Shown: positions 27,213 to 35,719, counted from the stretch's first letter. The stretch is 61,044 nucleotides of DNA from an uncultured Bacilli bacterium (GCA_947626695.1 CANQTE010000002.1:1-61044); one strand, 5' to 3'. Translations and numbers: made by a program. The notes: generated by a model not told the origin, from the letters alone.

Positions 27213-27241
27213 TTGACAAGATGTATAAAATATGGTATAAT
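27213..27241 (+). promoter_or_regulatory. consensus sigma-A promoter TTGACA-17-TGGTATAAT (extended -10) for coiled-coil gene 1
   Basis: Exact -35 and -10 hexamers, a 17-nt spacer and a TG at -15/-14. The RBS AGAGGGAG follows. Confidence 0.8.
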
Positions 27242-27268
27242 CTAAGCATCGAAAGAGGGAGATTGGAT

Positions 27269-29731
27269 ATGAATATTAATGAATTAAATCAAAAAATTGA
27301 AAATATTGAGTCTAGACTAAGAGACTGGGTTTATCTAGAATCAAGTGGTTCAATTGCTTATGACGATTTATTTAAATTATCAGAAGAAATTTTAACAGAA
27401 AAAGAAAAATTAAATAATGGAGAAGTAGATGCTGATTTGTCTGATGTAGCACCAAATTTATTAGAGGCTTTAGATAGATTAGACAGTATTCAAAAAAGAA
27501 TAAACGAGGAGATAATAAGTAGAACTAAAACAGCGAAAACTCTTCCTTATTGTAAAATTTTAGAACAAAATGTTAAACAAAATATTGCTACGATGGAAGT
27601 TTTAATTAAAGCAAAAAGTAGCGATAGATTTATAGCTAAATTAAGCGAAATGTCTGAACTTGAAGCAGAAATAGTAGCTACTTTAAGTGCAGTAGAAAAA
27701 GATGAAAAAGAACGTGAAAAGGCTGGCTATAAAGATTTTAGTCATACTGTTTCAAAAACTGTTTTGCAAAATGCCCTTGATGAGTGGCAAGAAATTAAGT
27801 CACAACTACCAGAACAGTATAGAAATAGGGAAACTACAAAAGATACAATAGAACAACCTATCATTGAAGATAAGCCTATTGATATAAATGCTGAGATTAG
27901 ACAAATAACTTTAGAAGTAAATGAAATATACTCAAATTTTAGAAATAATAATGCTAAATCTGAATCTGATAAACCAGAAGAAGAAATTAGTATCAAATTA
28001 GCAGAATTAAAGAAAATTTCAAGCTTAAAAGAACGTATGCTTAAACTTGCATCAGCAACAAAAGATGACTTTATAAAAATTGGTGTTTTAGATCAACTTG
28101 AAAAAATTGAAAAAGTTGAGACAAAAGTATCAGAAAGTGCAAAGACAATAAGTGAAACTCTAGGTAGCAATGTAAAATTAAGTGCTGAAAGTTCAAGAAT
28201 AATAATGGAAATAAGTCAAAAACTTTCGGCAATTGGAATTTTAAGAGCAGCAGGAAAAGCAGCTGCTATTACTGAAGATGAAATTTCAGCAAGAATAAAA
28301 GAATTAAAACGTTTAGAAAAAGAGCTATCTGATATAAAAGAAAAATTACAAAAAGAATTACAAGAAACTAAATCAGAAGAAAATCAAAAAGCAATAAACA
28401 GTATATTAAAAAATATAGGAAATAGTGAAAATAGCTTAAAAGACTTCAAGAAAAGTGAATTAAGTCGTAAAACATTAGAAACTATTAGTTTAGAGGAATT
28501 GGATGAAATTGATTTAGAAAATGCTCTACGTTTATTTGGACTAAAAGAGGGCTTTGATAGAAATGCGTTAGAAGAAAGAAATAGTGAGTTATTAAGCAAA
28601 TATGATGCTTATGATACAGAGGGAACAGAAGAATTTGAGAAAGCAAAAGAAACAGAGCAAAAAATTGGTAAATTAAGGGCAAAATTACTTGAAGAATTAA
28701 AACAAAGACAGGCAAAAGAACATTATGATAATTTAACTTTTGATAGCATGACAGAAGAAGATTTACAAAAAATTAAAGATGATAATGATATAAAAACAGC
28801 TTTACATTTATACGGTTTAGAAGAAAACTATACTGAAGAAGAATTAAAAGCTAAAAAAGAGGAATTATTTATAAAATATCGCCAAAATACAAAATTAACT
28901 CCAGACCAAAGAAGTAGCATAATTGATAACATATTAGCTATAAATGATATTTTAGAAATAGAATTATCAAAGAAACAATCAATTGAACAACAAAATAATA
29001 CTAATAATGGTAATACCGCTGTAGATAATCAAGATATAGAAACTTTAAATAGTGAAGATTCACTAGAGGATGAAATGCCTGTTAAAGTTGTTGCTTCAAG
29101 AGTATGGAATTATGTAAAAGATCATAAGAAACAAATATTAATAGGTATTGGTATTGCTGCTTTACTTACTGTATCATTTATTAGTCTTTATAATTTAGGC
29201 ATTGTAGCTCAGATGGCTGCAAATGGTAGTGCTTGGTTTACAACAGAAGTTGCTAAGCGCGAAGCTTTACACGTTGCAAATAGTCAATTAGCTGAAAAGT
29301 TATTATTTATAAGTCATAGTTTTGAACAAATTAATGGTGTTTGGACTATTGGAGGTCAAAAACTTTTAACTGGTAAATTAATTAATACTTTAAGTGGTAT
29401 TTCTTTAGCAACAGGTGCTCTTGGTGTAAGTGGACTTGTACTAACTAATTTAATTAAAAAGAGATCTCAAGCTTATAAAGAGATAAAAAATGAAATTAGA
29501 GTTTTAAATTCTGACATTAACATTGAACTTATTAGACCTAGTAGTATTAGCAATGCAGAAGAGAGATTTAAGGATTTAGTAAATAAAATAAATAATTCTA
29601 CAGAATTATCAAAAGATGAACAGAAAATTTTATTAACTAAATTAAAAAATGTAGAGAAAAATAGGTTACGTTTTGTAGGAAGAAATCAAGAACCTGATGA
29701 ATTAGATTTAGAAGGAAGGAGTAGGGCTTAA
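27269..29731 (+). CDS. large coiled-coil protein with two degenerate J-domain-like repeats and a C-terminal two-TM membrane domain (paralogue 1)
   Basis: 820 aa from ATG 27269; the track start at 27221 lies inside the promoter. About 620 aa are heptad-rich. Motifs include ALRLFGLKEGFDRNALEERNSELLSKY and ALHLYGLEENYTEEELKAKKEELFIKY. The TM helices are ILIGIGIAALLTVSFISLY and LSGISLATGALGVSGLVLTNL. Confidence 0.75.
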   Translation: MNINELNQKIENIESRLRDWVYLESSGSIAYDDLFKLSEEILTEKEKLNNGEVDADLSDVAPNLLEALDRLDSIQKRINEEIISRTKTAKTLPYCKILEQNVKQNIATMEVLIKAKSSDRFIAKLSEMSELEAEIVATLSAVEKDEKEREKAGYKDFSHTVSKTVLQNALDEWQEIKSQLPEQYRNRETTKDTIEQPIIEDKPIDINAEIRQITLEVNEIYSNFRNNNAKSESDKPEEEISIKLAELKKISSLKERMLKLASATKDDFIKIGVLDQLEKIEKVETKVSESAKTISETLGSNVKLSAESSRIIMEISQKLSAIGILRAAGKAAAITEDEISARIKELKRLEKELSDIKEKLQKELQETKSEENQKAINSILKNIGNSENSLKDFKKSELSRKTLETISLEELDEIDLENALRLFGLKEGFDRNALEERNSELLSKYDAYDTEGTEEFEKAKETEQKIGKLRAKLLEELKQRQAKEHYDNLTFDSMTEEDLQKIKDDNDIKTALHLYGLEENYTEEELKAKKEELFIKYRQNTKLTPDQRSSIIDNILAINDILEIELSKKQSIEQQNNTNNGNTAVDNQDIETLNSEDSLEDEMPVKVVASRVWNYVKDHKKQILIGIGIAALLTVSFISLYNLGIVAQMAANGSAWFTTEVAKREALHVANSQLAEKLLFISHSFEQINGVWTIGGQKLLTGKLINTLSGISLATGALGVSGLVLTNLIKKRSQAYKEIKNEIRVLNSDINIELIRPSSISNAEERFKDLVNKINNSTELSKDEQKILLTKLKNVEKNRLRFVGRNQEPDELDLEGRSRA

Positions 29732-29997
29732 TGAAGGTTGATACAGTAGTGACACTAGCAAATAATAAAGAATATTTATTATTATTGGAATCTAAATTAG
29801 TAGGAGAAGATTATTTCTTAGCAGTATTATTAGATTCTAGAGGAGAGCCAACCGTTGATTATGCAGTATTAAAAAAAGTTATAAAAGACGGTGAAGAGTA
29901 TGCTCAAAAAATAAATAACGTTGAAATATTAAAAGAATTGCTAGAAGATTATGGAGAACAATATGCCGATTTATATGGAGACGGCGAGGAAGTTTAG
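29731..29997 (+). CDS. small acidic DUF1292-like protein, translationally coupled (TAATG) to the coiled-coil gene
   Basis: 88 aa: VTLANNKEYLLLLESKLVGEDYFLAVLL...EEYAQKINNVEILKELLEDY. Its ATG overlaps the upstream TAA. Confidence 0.55.
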   Translation: MKVDTVVTLANNKEYLLLLESKLVGEDYFLAVLLDSRGEPTVDYAVLKKVIKDGEEYAQKINNVEILKELLEDYGEQYADLYGDGEEV

Positions 29998-30008
29998 GCT
30001 TCCTTTTT
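29988..30008 (+). terminator. rho-independent terminator
   Basis: GGAAG-TTTAGG-CTTCC followed by TTTTT. Confidence 0.65.
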
Positions 30009-30021
30009 AAATTGCAAAAAT

Positions 30022-30050
30022 TTGACAAAACATACAAAATATGCTATAAT
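30022..30050 (+). promoter_or_regulatory. consensus sigma-A promoter TTGACA-17-TGCTATAAT (extended -10) for coiled-coil gene 2
   Basis: Same architecture and near-identical 5' UTR as at 27213: CTAGGCATTGAAAGAGGGATAGTTTGGATATG against CTAAGCATCGAAAGAGGGAGATTGGATATG. Confidence 0.8.
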
Positions 30051-30079
30051 CTAGGCATTGAAAGAGGGATAGTTTGGAT

Positions 30080-32434
30080 ATGGCAATTGAAGATTTAAAG
30101 AAAAATATACAAGAATTTAAAGAAGAATTAACAAAGATAAAATCTATGACAGGCAAAACTTATATTAATAATTCTATATTATATATTACTAAAAAAATAT
30201 TAGAATTAACACAAAATTTAGAACAAGAAGTAACAGATGAATTAATAGAAAATTTAGAAACTTTAGATGTGATTTATGAAGAAGCAATTACTATTGCTAA
30301 AAAAAATGACGAATATGGATATTGTGAATTATTACATAATTTTATGATGCAAAAACTTTGGACAATAAAAGTTATGCTTAAATCTATTAATAAAGACAAT
30401 TTAAAGAATAAAATTACTAAAAATTTAGCAAGTTTAGAAGATATAAAAAAGGAGACTGAATTAGAAATTAATTCTTTAGAACAAAGTATAGGGGAATATA
30501 ATGATTATAATACTTATTATGATACAGAAAGTTTAAAAGTATTACGACAAGATATTAAGGCTTATAATTCATTTATAATTGAACTACCAAAAGAATATAG
30601 AAAAACATCAAGTTCTACTATTGAAGGAGTAACTTCTATTGAAGATACTATAGAAATTAAACAAATAACTTCAGAAGTAGAAGAAATTTGTATGAATTTC
30701 CAAAATAATAGTCTTAAATCTAAATCTGGAAGAATAGAAGAAGAAATAAGCATAAGATTAGAAGAATTATCTAAAATTGCAAAATTAAAAAATCGTATGT
30801 TTAAACTTATTTCAAAATCATCAGAAAGAGATATAAAACTCTCAGTTTTAGAGCAACTTAAAAAAATAGAAAAAGTTACGACTGAAATTTTAGAAGATAT
30901 AAAGAGTGTAAATGAATCTTTAAGTGATGAAGCATTAAAATTAAGTGTTGAAAGTTCAAGAATAGTAAATGAAATAAAGCAAAAACAATCTGCGATAAAA
31001 ATTTTAAGTGCAGTTGAAAACAAAAGCAATTTAGATGAAGCAAGACTTGCAATAAAATTAAAAGATTTAGATCGCTTAGAGCAAGATTTATTAAACATAC
31101 AAGCTAAATTACAAGAAAAACTAAAAAAGGTTAAATCTATTGAAGATCAAAAAATAATTAGCGGCATATTAAAAAATATAGAGTATTTTCAAACAGATTT
31201 AACAGATTTTAAGAAAAATAGATTAAATAGTAGGACATTAGAAAGTATTAGTTTAGCAGATTTAGATGACATTGATTTAGAAAGTGCATTACGTTTATTT
31301 GCTCTAAATAAAGATTTCGATAGATATGCTTTAGAGGCAAGATGCAGTGAATTATTAGAGAAATATGAACCTCTTGATGCTCAAGGAATAGAAGAACGTG
31401 AAAAAGCAGATGAAATGACTCATAAAGTAATAAAATTAAAAGCAAGATTACTTACAAACTTAAGAGAAAGACATGAAGAAAGCAAAATTCTTACTCTTGA
31501 TGATATGACAGAAGAAGATTTACAAAAAATTCAAGTTAATAATGATATAAAAACAGCATTACATTTATTTGGATTAAAAGAAGGATATACTAGAGAAGAG
31601 TTAGAAAATAAAAAATATGAATTATATACGAAATATCGTGAAAATCCTGAATTAACACATGATAAAAAAAGTAGTTTAATTGACAAAGTACTAGCTATAA
31701 ATACTATCTTAGAAACAGAATTAAACAGAAATAAACAAAAAAGTCGAAATTCTGAAATTATAAATAATAGTTCAAAAGATACTACTTCTAGTACTAGAGA
31801 GTATATTGATAATTCAAATCCAGTTAAAGTAGTTGCCACGAGGGCATGGAATTGGGTAAAAGATCATAAAAAACAAATTTTAATTGGAATTGGTATCCTA
31901 GCTATTTCCTTATCAATGGTAAGTATGTTAAACCTATCTATGGCATCACAAATGGTTGCAAGTGGAGCAGCACGGCTCCATGCTGGTAGTGCAGTCCAAC
32001 TTGCTTTGCATGATGCAAACATTACTATATCTAAGCAATTACTAGGTTTAAGAGCTAGTTATGAAGCTGGTCTTGGAGTTTGGACAATCGGAGGTCAAAA
32101 AATCTTAACTAGTAACTTAATTAATATGCTAACAGGTGTTACTTTAGTATCACAATTTGCTGGACTTGGAGTATCTTTTGCAGGTTTAATTTCTAAAAAA
32201 AGTAATGTTTATAAAGATATTAGTGAGCAAATTAAAGACTTTAGACGTATTCCTTTAGATGAAAGCAATGGAATAACTAGAGGTAGATATCTTTCTCTTG
32301 CAGATACTATAAAAAATTCTAATGATTTATCAAATTCAGAAAAAAATGAATTATCTAATGATTTAATAAATGCCTACAAATATTTATCTTCAAATCAAAG
32401 ACAAATATTTGAAGAAGAAAGAATAAGAAGATAA
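30080..32434 (+). CDS. large coiled-coil protein with two J-domain-like repeats and a C-terminal two-TM domain (paralogue 2)
   Basis: 784 aa. It is collinear with paralogue 1 from about residue 190 onward, for example ALRLFALNKDFDRYALEARCSELLEKY, ALHLFGLKEGYTREELENKKYELYTKY and VKVVATRAWNWVKDHKKQILIGIG. Confidence 0.75.
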   Translation: MAIEDLKKNIQEFKEELTKIKSMTGKTYINNSILYITKKILELTQNLEQEVTDELIENLETLDVIYEEAITIAKKNDEYGYCELLHNFMMQKLWTIKVMLKSINKDNLKNKITKNLASLEDIKKETELEINSLEQSIGEYNDYNTYYDTESLKVLRQDIKAYNSFIIELPKEYRKTSSSTIEGVTSIEDTIEIKQITSEVEEICMNFQNNSLKSKSGRIEEEISIRLEELSKIAKLKNRMFKLISKSSERDIKLSVLEQLKKIEKVTTEILEDIKSVNESLSDEALKLSVESSRIVNEIKQKQSAIKILSAVENKSNLDEARLAIKLKDLDRLEQDLLNIQAKLQEKLKKVKSIEDQKIISGILKNIEYFQTDLTDFKKNRLNSRTLESISLADLDDIDLESALRLFALNKDFDRYALEARCSELLEKYEPLDAQGIEEREKADEMTHKVIKLKARLLTNLRERHEESKILTLDDMTEEDLQKIQVNNDIKTALHLFGLKEGYTREELENKKYELYTKYRENPELTHDKKSSLIDKVLAINTILETELNRNKQKSRNSEIINNSSKDTTSSTREYIDNSNPVKVVATRAWNWVKDHKKQILIGIGILAISLSMVSMLNLSMASQMVASGAARLHAGSAVQLALHDANITISKQLLGLRASYEAGLGVWTIGGQKILTSNLINMLTGVTLVSQFAGLGVSFAGLISKKSNVYKDISEQIKDFRRIPLDESNGITRGRYLSLADTIKNSNDLSNSEKNELSNDLINAYKYLSSNQRQIFEEERIRR

Positions 32435-32439
32435 ATATT

Positions 32440-32520
32440 ATGAAAGTTGATAATGTAAAAATACTTATTAAGGGTGATGAATATAATTTTGTCACTCTTT
32501 TTGTATACCAAATTAATTAA
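32440..32520 (+). pseudogene. truncated copy (26 codons) of the DUF1292-like partner gene
   Basis: MKVDNVKILIKGDEYNFVTLF... matches the start of the 88-aa protein (MKVDTVVTLANNKEYLLLL) and then stops. Confidence 0.5.
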
Positions 32521-32581
32521 TAATTTTAAAGTCATGCATATCTCTAGTTTTTAAACATACAATTTTCTAGGAGATGATTAG

Positions 32582-33325
32582 ATGAACTGTAAAATACCCT
32601 TTACTAAAGATATTGATTTTGAAAAAAAGTTATACGAAATAACAAGTATTAGCCTAGAGCATGAAATAAAAGTAGAAGATAATACTTTAAAAGGTAATTT
32701 TATAATATCAGGAGATTTTAAAAGTCATGAAGTAAGTGTAAATAAAGAGCCATTTTCTTATATTTTACCTTTTGAAATAGCTTTAATAGATAATATAGAT
32801 GAAAATACTATTGAATTTATGATTGAAGATTTTACTTATGAAGTTATTAAAAATAGTATTCTTCGGGTTAATATTGACTTTAATGTTATAGGAAGTATTA
32901 AGGAAGAAACAGAAGAAAAAGTAGAAGATTTATTTCGTATACCGACAGATGATGATATAACTTTAAATAAAGAAATTCCTAAAATAGAAGAAGAAGTAGA
33001 AGAAATAAAAGAAATAGAAGAAATTAAAGAAGTTCCTGAAATAACTTTAAAGAAAGAAGAAAAAGAAATGATTAACCCTCCAAAAGAAATAATTATAAAT
33101 GAAGAAAAAGAAATAAAAAAAGAAACTGAAGATACTATAATTGATAGTATTGATTCTACAACTGACGAATATGCGACATATCATATTCATATGGTAACAG
33201 ATGGTGAATCAGCTGAAACAATATGTACTATGTATAATTCTAATATAAATACTTTATCAGATTATAATGATTTAACGAATGTTATTCCCGGAGATAAATT
33301 AATTATACCTGATAAAGATGAATAA
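32582..33325 (+). CDS. SpoVID-like spore coat morphogenetic protein (N-terminal SpoVID domain, acidic linker, C-terminal LysM)
   Basis: LYEITSISLEHEIKVEDNTLKGNFIISGDF N-terminus, E/K-rich repeats, and the LysM YHIHMVTDGESAETICTMYNSNINTLSDYNDLTNVIPGDKLIIP. Confidence 0.65.
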   Translation: MNCKIPFTKDIDFEKKLYEITSISLEHEIKVEDNTLKGNFIISGDFKSHEVSVNKEPFSYILPFEIALIDNIDENTIEFMIEDFTYEVIKNSILRVNIDFNVIGSIKEETEEKVEDLFRIPTDDDITLNKEIPKIEEEVEEIKEIEEIKEVPEITLKKEEKEMINPPKEIIINEEKEIKKETEDTIIDSIDSTTDEYATYHIHMVTDGESAETICTMYNSNINTLSDYNDLTNVIPGDKLIIPDKDE

Positions 33326-34217
33326 CCCAATAGAAGAAGTTAAAACTACATATAAACCATATCGTTTTACTAAAAAGAAAAATGTTACTATAATAGATTC
33401 TACAACTGGTTCTTTTGTTATTAAAGAAAAAAAAGATAATAAAGTTAAAGATGTTTATAATTATCTTATTAGTCGTAATTTTGATTATTTCCCTAAATTA
33501 GAAGAAGAGACACGAAATGATATTAATATATTTCAATATATCGAAGAAATAAAAGAACCTAAAGAACAAAAAGCAAGTGACCTAATAGATTTAGTATCAC
33601 TTCTCCATAATAAAACAACTTATTATAAAGAAATAACAGAAGATAAATATAAAGAAATATATGATAATTTAAAAAATAATATTTTATATACTAAAAACTA
33701 TTATGATAATCTTTATAATATTATGATTGAAGAAGTTTATCCTAGTCCTAGTAATTATTTACTTTTAAGAAATATTTATAAAATATTCTCTGCCTTAGAC
33801 TATACCGAAGATTCTCTTGATAATTGGTATGATAATACTAAAAATGATTTAAAAATAAGAGTAGCTTTAATTCATAATAATTTAGAAACAGAACATTTTA
33901 TTAAAGGGGACAGAGATTATTTAGTTAGTTGGGAAAAAGCTAAATTAGATTCTCCTATCTTAGATTTAATAACTTTTTATCAAAAAGAATACTTTTCTTT
34001 AGATTTTAAAACATTACTTGAAAGATACTTAAAAAAATATCCTTTAAGTACTAATGAATTAGATTTATTTTTAATAGTAATTAGTATACCTCCTATAATT
34101 AATATAACAGATAATATTTGGGAATCTACTAAAGAAATAAGAAAAAAACTAGATTATATATTTAAAACAGAGGAATTAGTTTCTAATTTAAAATCTAATA
34201 ATTCTTTGGATAAATAA
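33318..34217 (+). CDS. CotS/YsxE-like spore-coat kinase-fold protein
   Basis: LIHNNLETEHFIKGDRDYLVSWEKAKLDSPILDLITFY corresponds to the HGD...DWE...DL core of the CotS family. It lies downstream of the spoVID-like gene, as ysxE does in Bacillus. Confidence 0.6.
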   Translation: MNNPIEEVKTTYKPYRFTKKKNVTIIDSTTGSFVIKEKKDNKVKDVYNYLISRNFDYFPKLEEETRNDINIFQYIEEIKEPKEQKASDLIDLVSLLHNKTTYYKEITEDKYKEIYDNLKNNILYTKNYYDNLYNIMIEEVYPSPSNYLLLRNIYKIFSALDYTEDSLDNWYDNTKNDLKIRVALIHNNLETEHFIKGDRDYLVSWEKAKLDSPILDLITFYQKEYFSLDFKTLLERYLKKYPLSTNELDLFLIVISIPPIINITDNIWESTKEIRKKLDYIFKTEELVSNLKSNNSLDK

Positions 34218-34395
34218 TTCTAAATAATAAATAAAAGAATATAAATGTTTCAATTAATAAAATAAATAAATTAAATCTAAGAGGGAGAATAAGAGTAATA
34301 ATTATTTGATAAAATATAAGGATAGAAAGAGCAAATAAAGCTAAAATAGTAAAAAATCCTCCATGAAAATTATGATTTGGATACATATATATCAC
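34195..34395 (-). CDS. hypothetical 66-aa two-TM membrane peptide
   Basis: Hydrophobic ORF overlapping the 3' end of the ysxE-like gene. Coding status is uncertain. Confidence 0.3.
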   Translation of the reverse strand: MIYMYPNHNFHGGFFTILALFALSILIFYQIIITLILPLRFNLFILLIETFIFFYLLFRIIYPKNY

Positions 34396-34502
34396 CTAAT
34401 TTATATTATGAATTAATAATTTTTATGTTTAAGTTTTTGCCTAATTTTAAAATTAATCAAAAAGTTGTTGACTATTACTGAGAGTAAATATAAAATATAA
34501 CT

Positions 34503-34592
34503 AGTACAGAAATTTTCTGTATCGAAAGGGAACACTTTTTCTTCCCAAGCTCTCTAGGTTATATGCCTATTTCTGGAAAGGTGTTCCTTTTG
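34503..34592 (+). ncRNA. candidate structured small RNA 1 upstream of the Panacea gene
   Basis: TTGACT-17-TAAAAT (34468-34496). The 5' hairpin is ACAGA/TCTGT. The 11-bp closing helix AAAGGGAACAC/GTGTTCCTTTT runs into a T tract. No ORF with an SD. Confidence 0.35.
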
Positions 34593-34871
34593 AATTTTAA
34601 GAATAAAAATAAAATAAATACAAATATATTATAAATCGAGTAGTGCCTGGGAAACTTTTGAAACCCTAGGTTATTTATATACTTGAGTTTTTAATTTTAA
34701 ATTAAAAGTTAAACATTATTTATGGCTTAATATCTAAATTGAACAGTCTATGGAATATGAAAGTATTTTTAATTGATTTATAGGTTAAATTGATATATAA
34801 TATAAACTATCTCAATTATTTACATCAGATTATTTTTTGGTAAAATATAAATAGAATAGGAGAGTGATAAT

Positions 34872-35354
34872 ATGTTAACAGCAAAACATGTTGCGGAATA
34901 TTTTCTTTCAAAATATTCAGAAAGAAAGCTTTTTAACTATAATGTAGTTTCATATAATGGTAGGAAATTCTATGAAGGCAATGCAAGAATAAATAAATAT
35001 TTATTTTTAGCTCAAGTAGTTCATTTGGCTAAGTATAATTCAAAATTGTTTTCTGATGATTTTGTAGCGTATGATAATGGTCCAGTTGTTGAATCAATAA
35101 TGAATTCATATGGAAGACTTGCAGGTCATTACGACGATGAAAATATCAATGAAGTAGAAAAAAATTTTTTAGATAAAATATATTTTTCTTTAGAAAATGC
35201 AACCTATGAAGAATTAATAGAAATAACTCACGAAGACCCTGAATGGCAAATTTTAAGTAAAGATACATATAATGCTCCAATAATGAATTTAGAAAAAAAT
35301 ATCGCGGAATATAAGAAAAGATATAAAGGATTAATTGAAGCATTAAAAATATGA
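34872..35354 (+). CDS. Panacea (DUF4065, SocA/PanA-like) antitoxin-domain protein
   Basis: VAEYFLSK...NKYLFLAQVVHLAKYNSKLFSDDFVAYDNGPVVESI matches the KLQKLLYYAQ...F.AW..GPV pattern. Promoter TTGATT-17-TATAAT at 34773-34801. Confidence 0.7.
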   Translation: MLTAKHVAEYFLSKYSERKLFNYNVVSYNGRKFYEGNARINKYLFLAQVVHLAKYNSKLFSDDFVAYDNGPVVESIMNSYGRLAGHYDDENINEVEKNFLDKIYFSLENATYEELIEITHEDPEWQILSKDTYNAPIMNLEKNIAEYKKRYKGLIEALKI

Positions 35355-35513
35355 AATATTTAAATTAAATAATGTTAATTAAGTAATAACTTTAATATTT
35401 TATAACAATAATCATTTAATAAATCTGAATTTTTAGAAATTATTTTGAGCAAACTAAAAATTTTTACATATACTATAATTGACAAATATTGCCATTTATA
35501 ATAAAATTTAAGT

Positions 35514-35616
35514 AGTGAGTGAGTAGTTCGCTGAGTTACTGGAGGGGTTAGTTTAATACTTTCCCAGCAAGCATTGACTTGTGGGTTCCTCTAGTCAGGG
35601 GAAAGCTCACTTTTTA
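35514..35616 (+). ncRNA. candidate structured small RNA 2 downstream of the Panacea gene
   Basis: TTGACA-17-TAAAAT (35479-35507). Nested helices are AGTGAG/CTCACT, CTGGAGG/CCTCTAG and CCCA(G)CAAG/CTTGTGGG, followed by TTTTTATTT. Confidence 0.4.
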
Positions 35617-35719
35617 TTTACTATAAAAAATTATCACAAATACATAAAAAGAATATCCTAAAATATTGTCAATCTCCAAATTATTATATATAATTATATT
35701 ATAGAAAAGGGGAATAAAA

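Noticed and set aside
27221-27268. The track start codon at 27221 for the first coiled-coil protein. The same applies to 43820 for the DUF2207 protein, 7851 for the helicase and 20675 for the first envelope gene.
   Set aside because: These extensions run through the promoter hexamers or the preceding gene. Internal ATGs with proper SD sequences (27269, 43901, 7743, 20687) fit better.
27269-32434. The coiled-coil paralogues as SMC/Rad50-type ATPases, phage tape-measure proteins or methyl-accepting chemoreceptors.
   Set aside because: There are no Walker A/B or signature motifs, no phage structural neighbours, and no HAMP or MCP signalling-domain motifs. The TM domain is C-terminal rather than N-terminal.
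35514-35616. Structured RNA 2 as the small SRP (4.5S/ffs) RNA.
   Set aside because: It contains GUCAGG and GGAAAGC, but not the conserved helix-8 arrangement (a GNRA tetraloop closed by a short stem, with the AGCA/GGAA internal loops). The predicted fold is a multi-helix structure, not a single hairpin.
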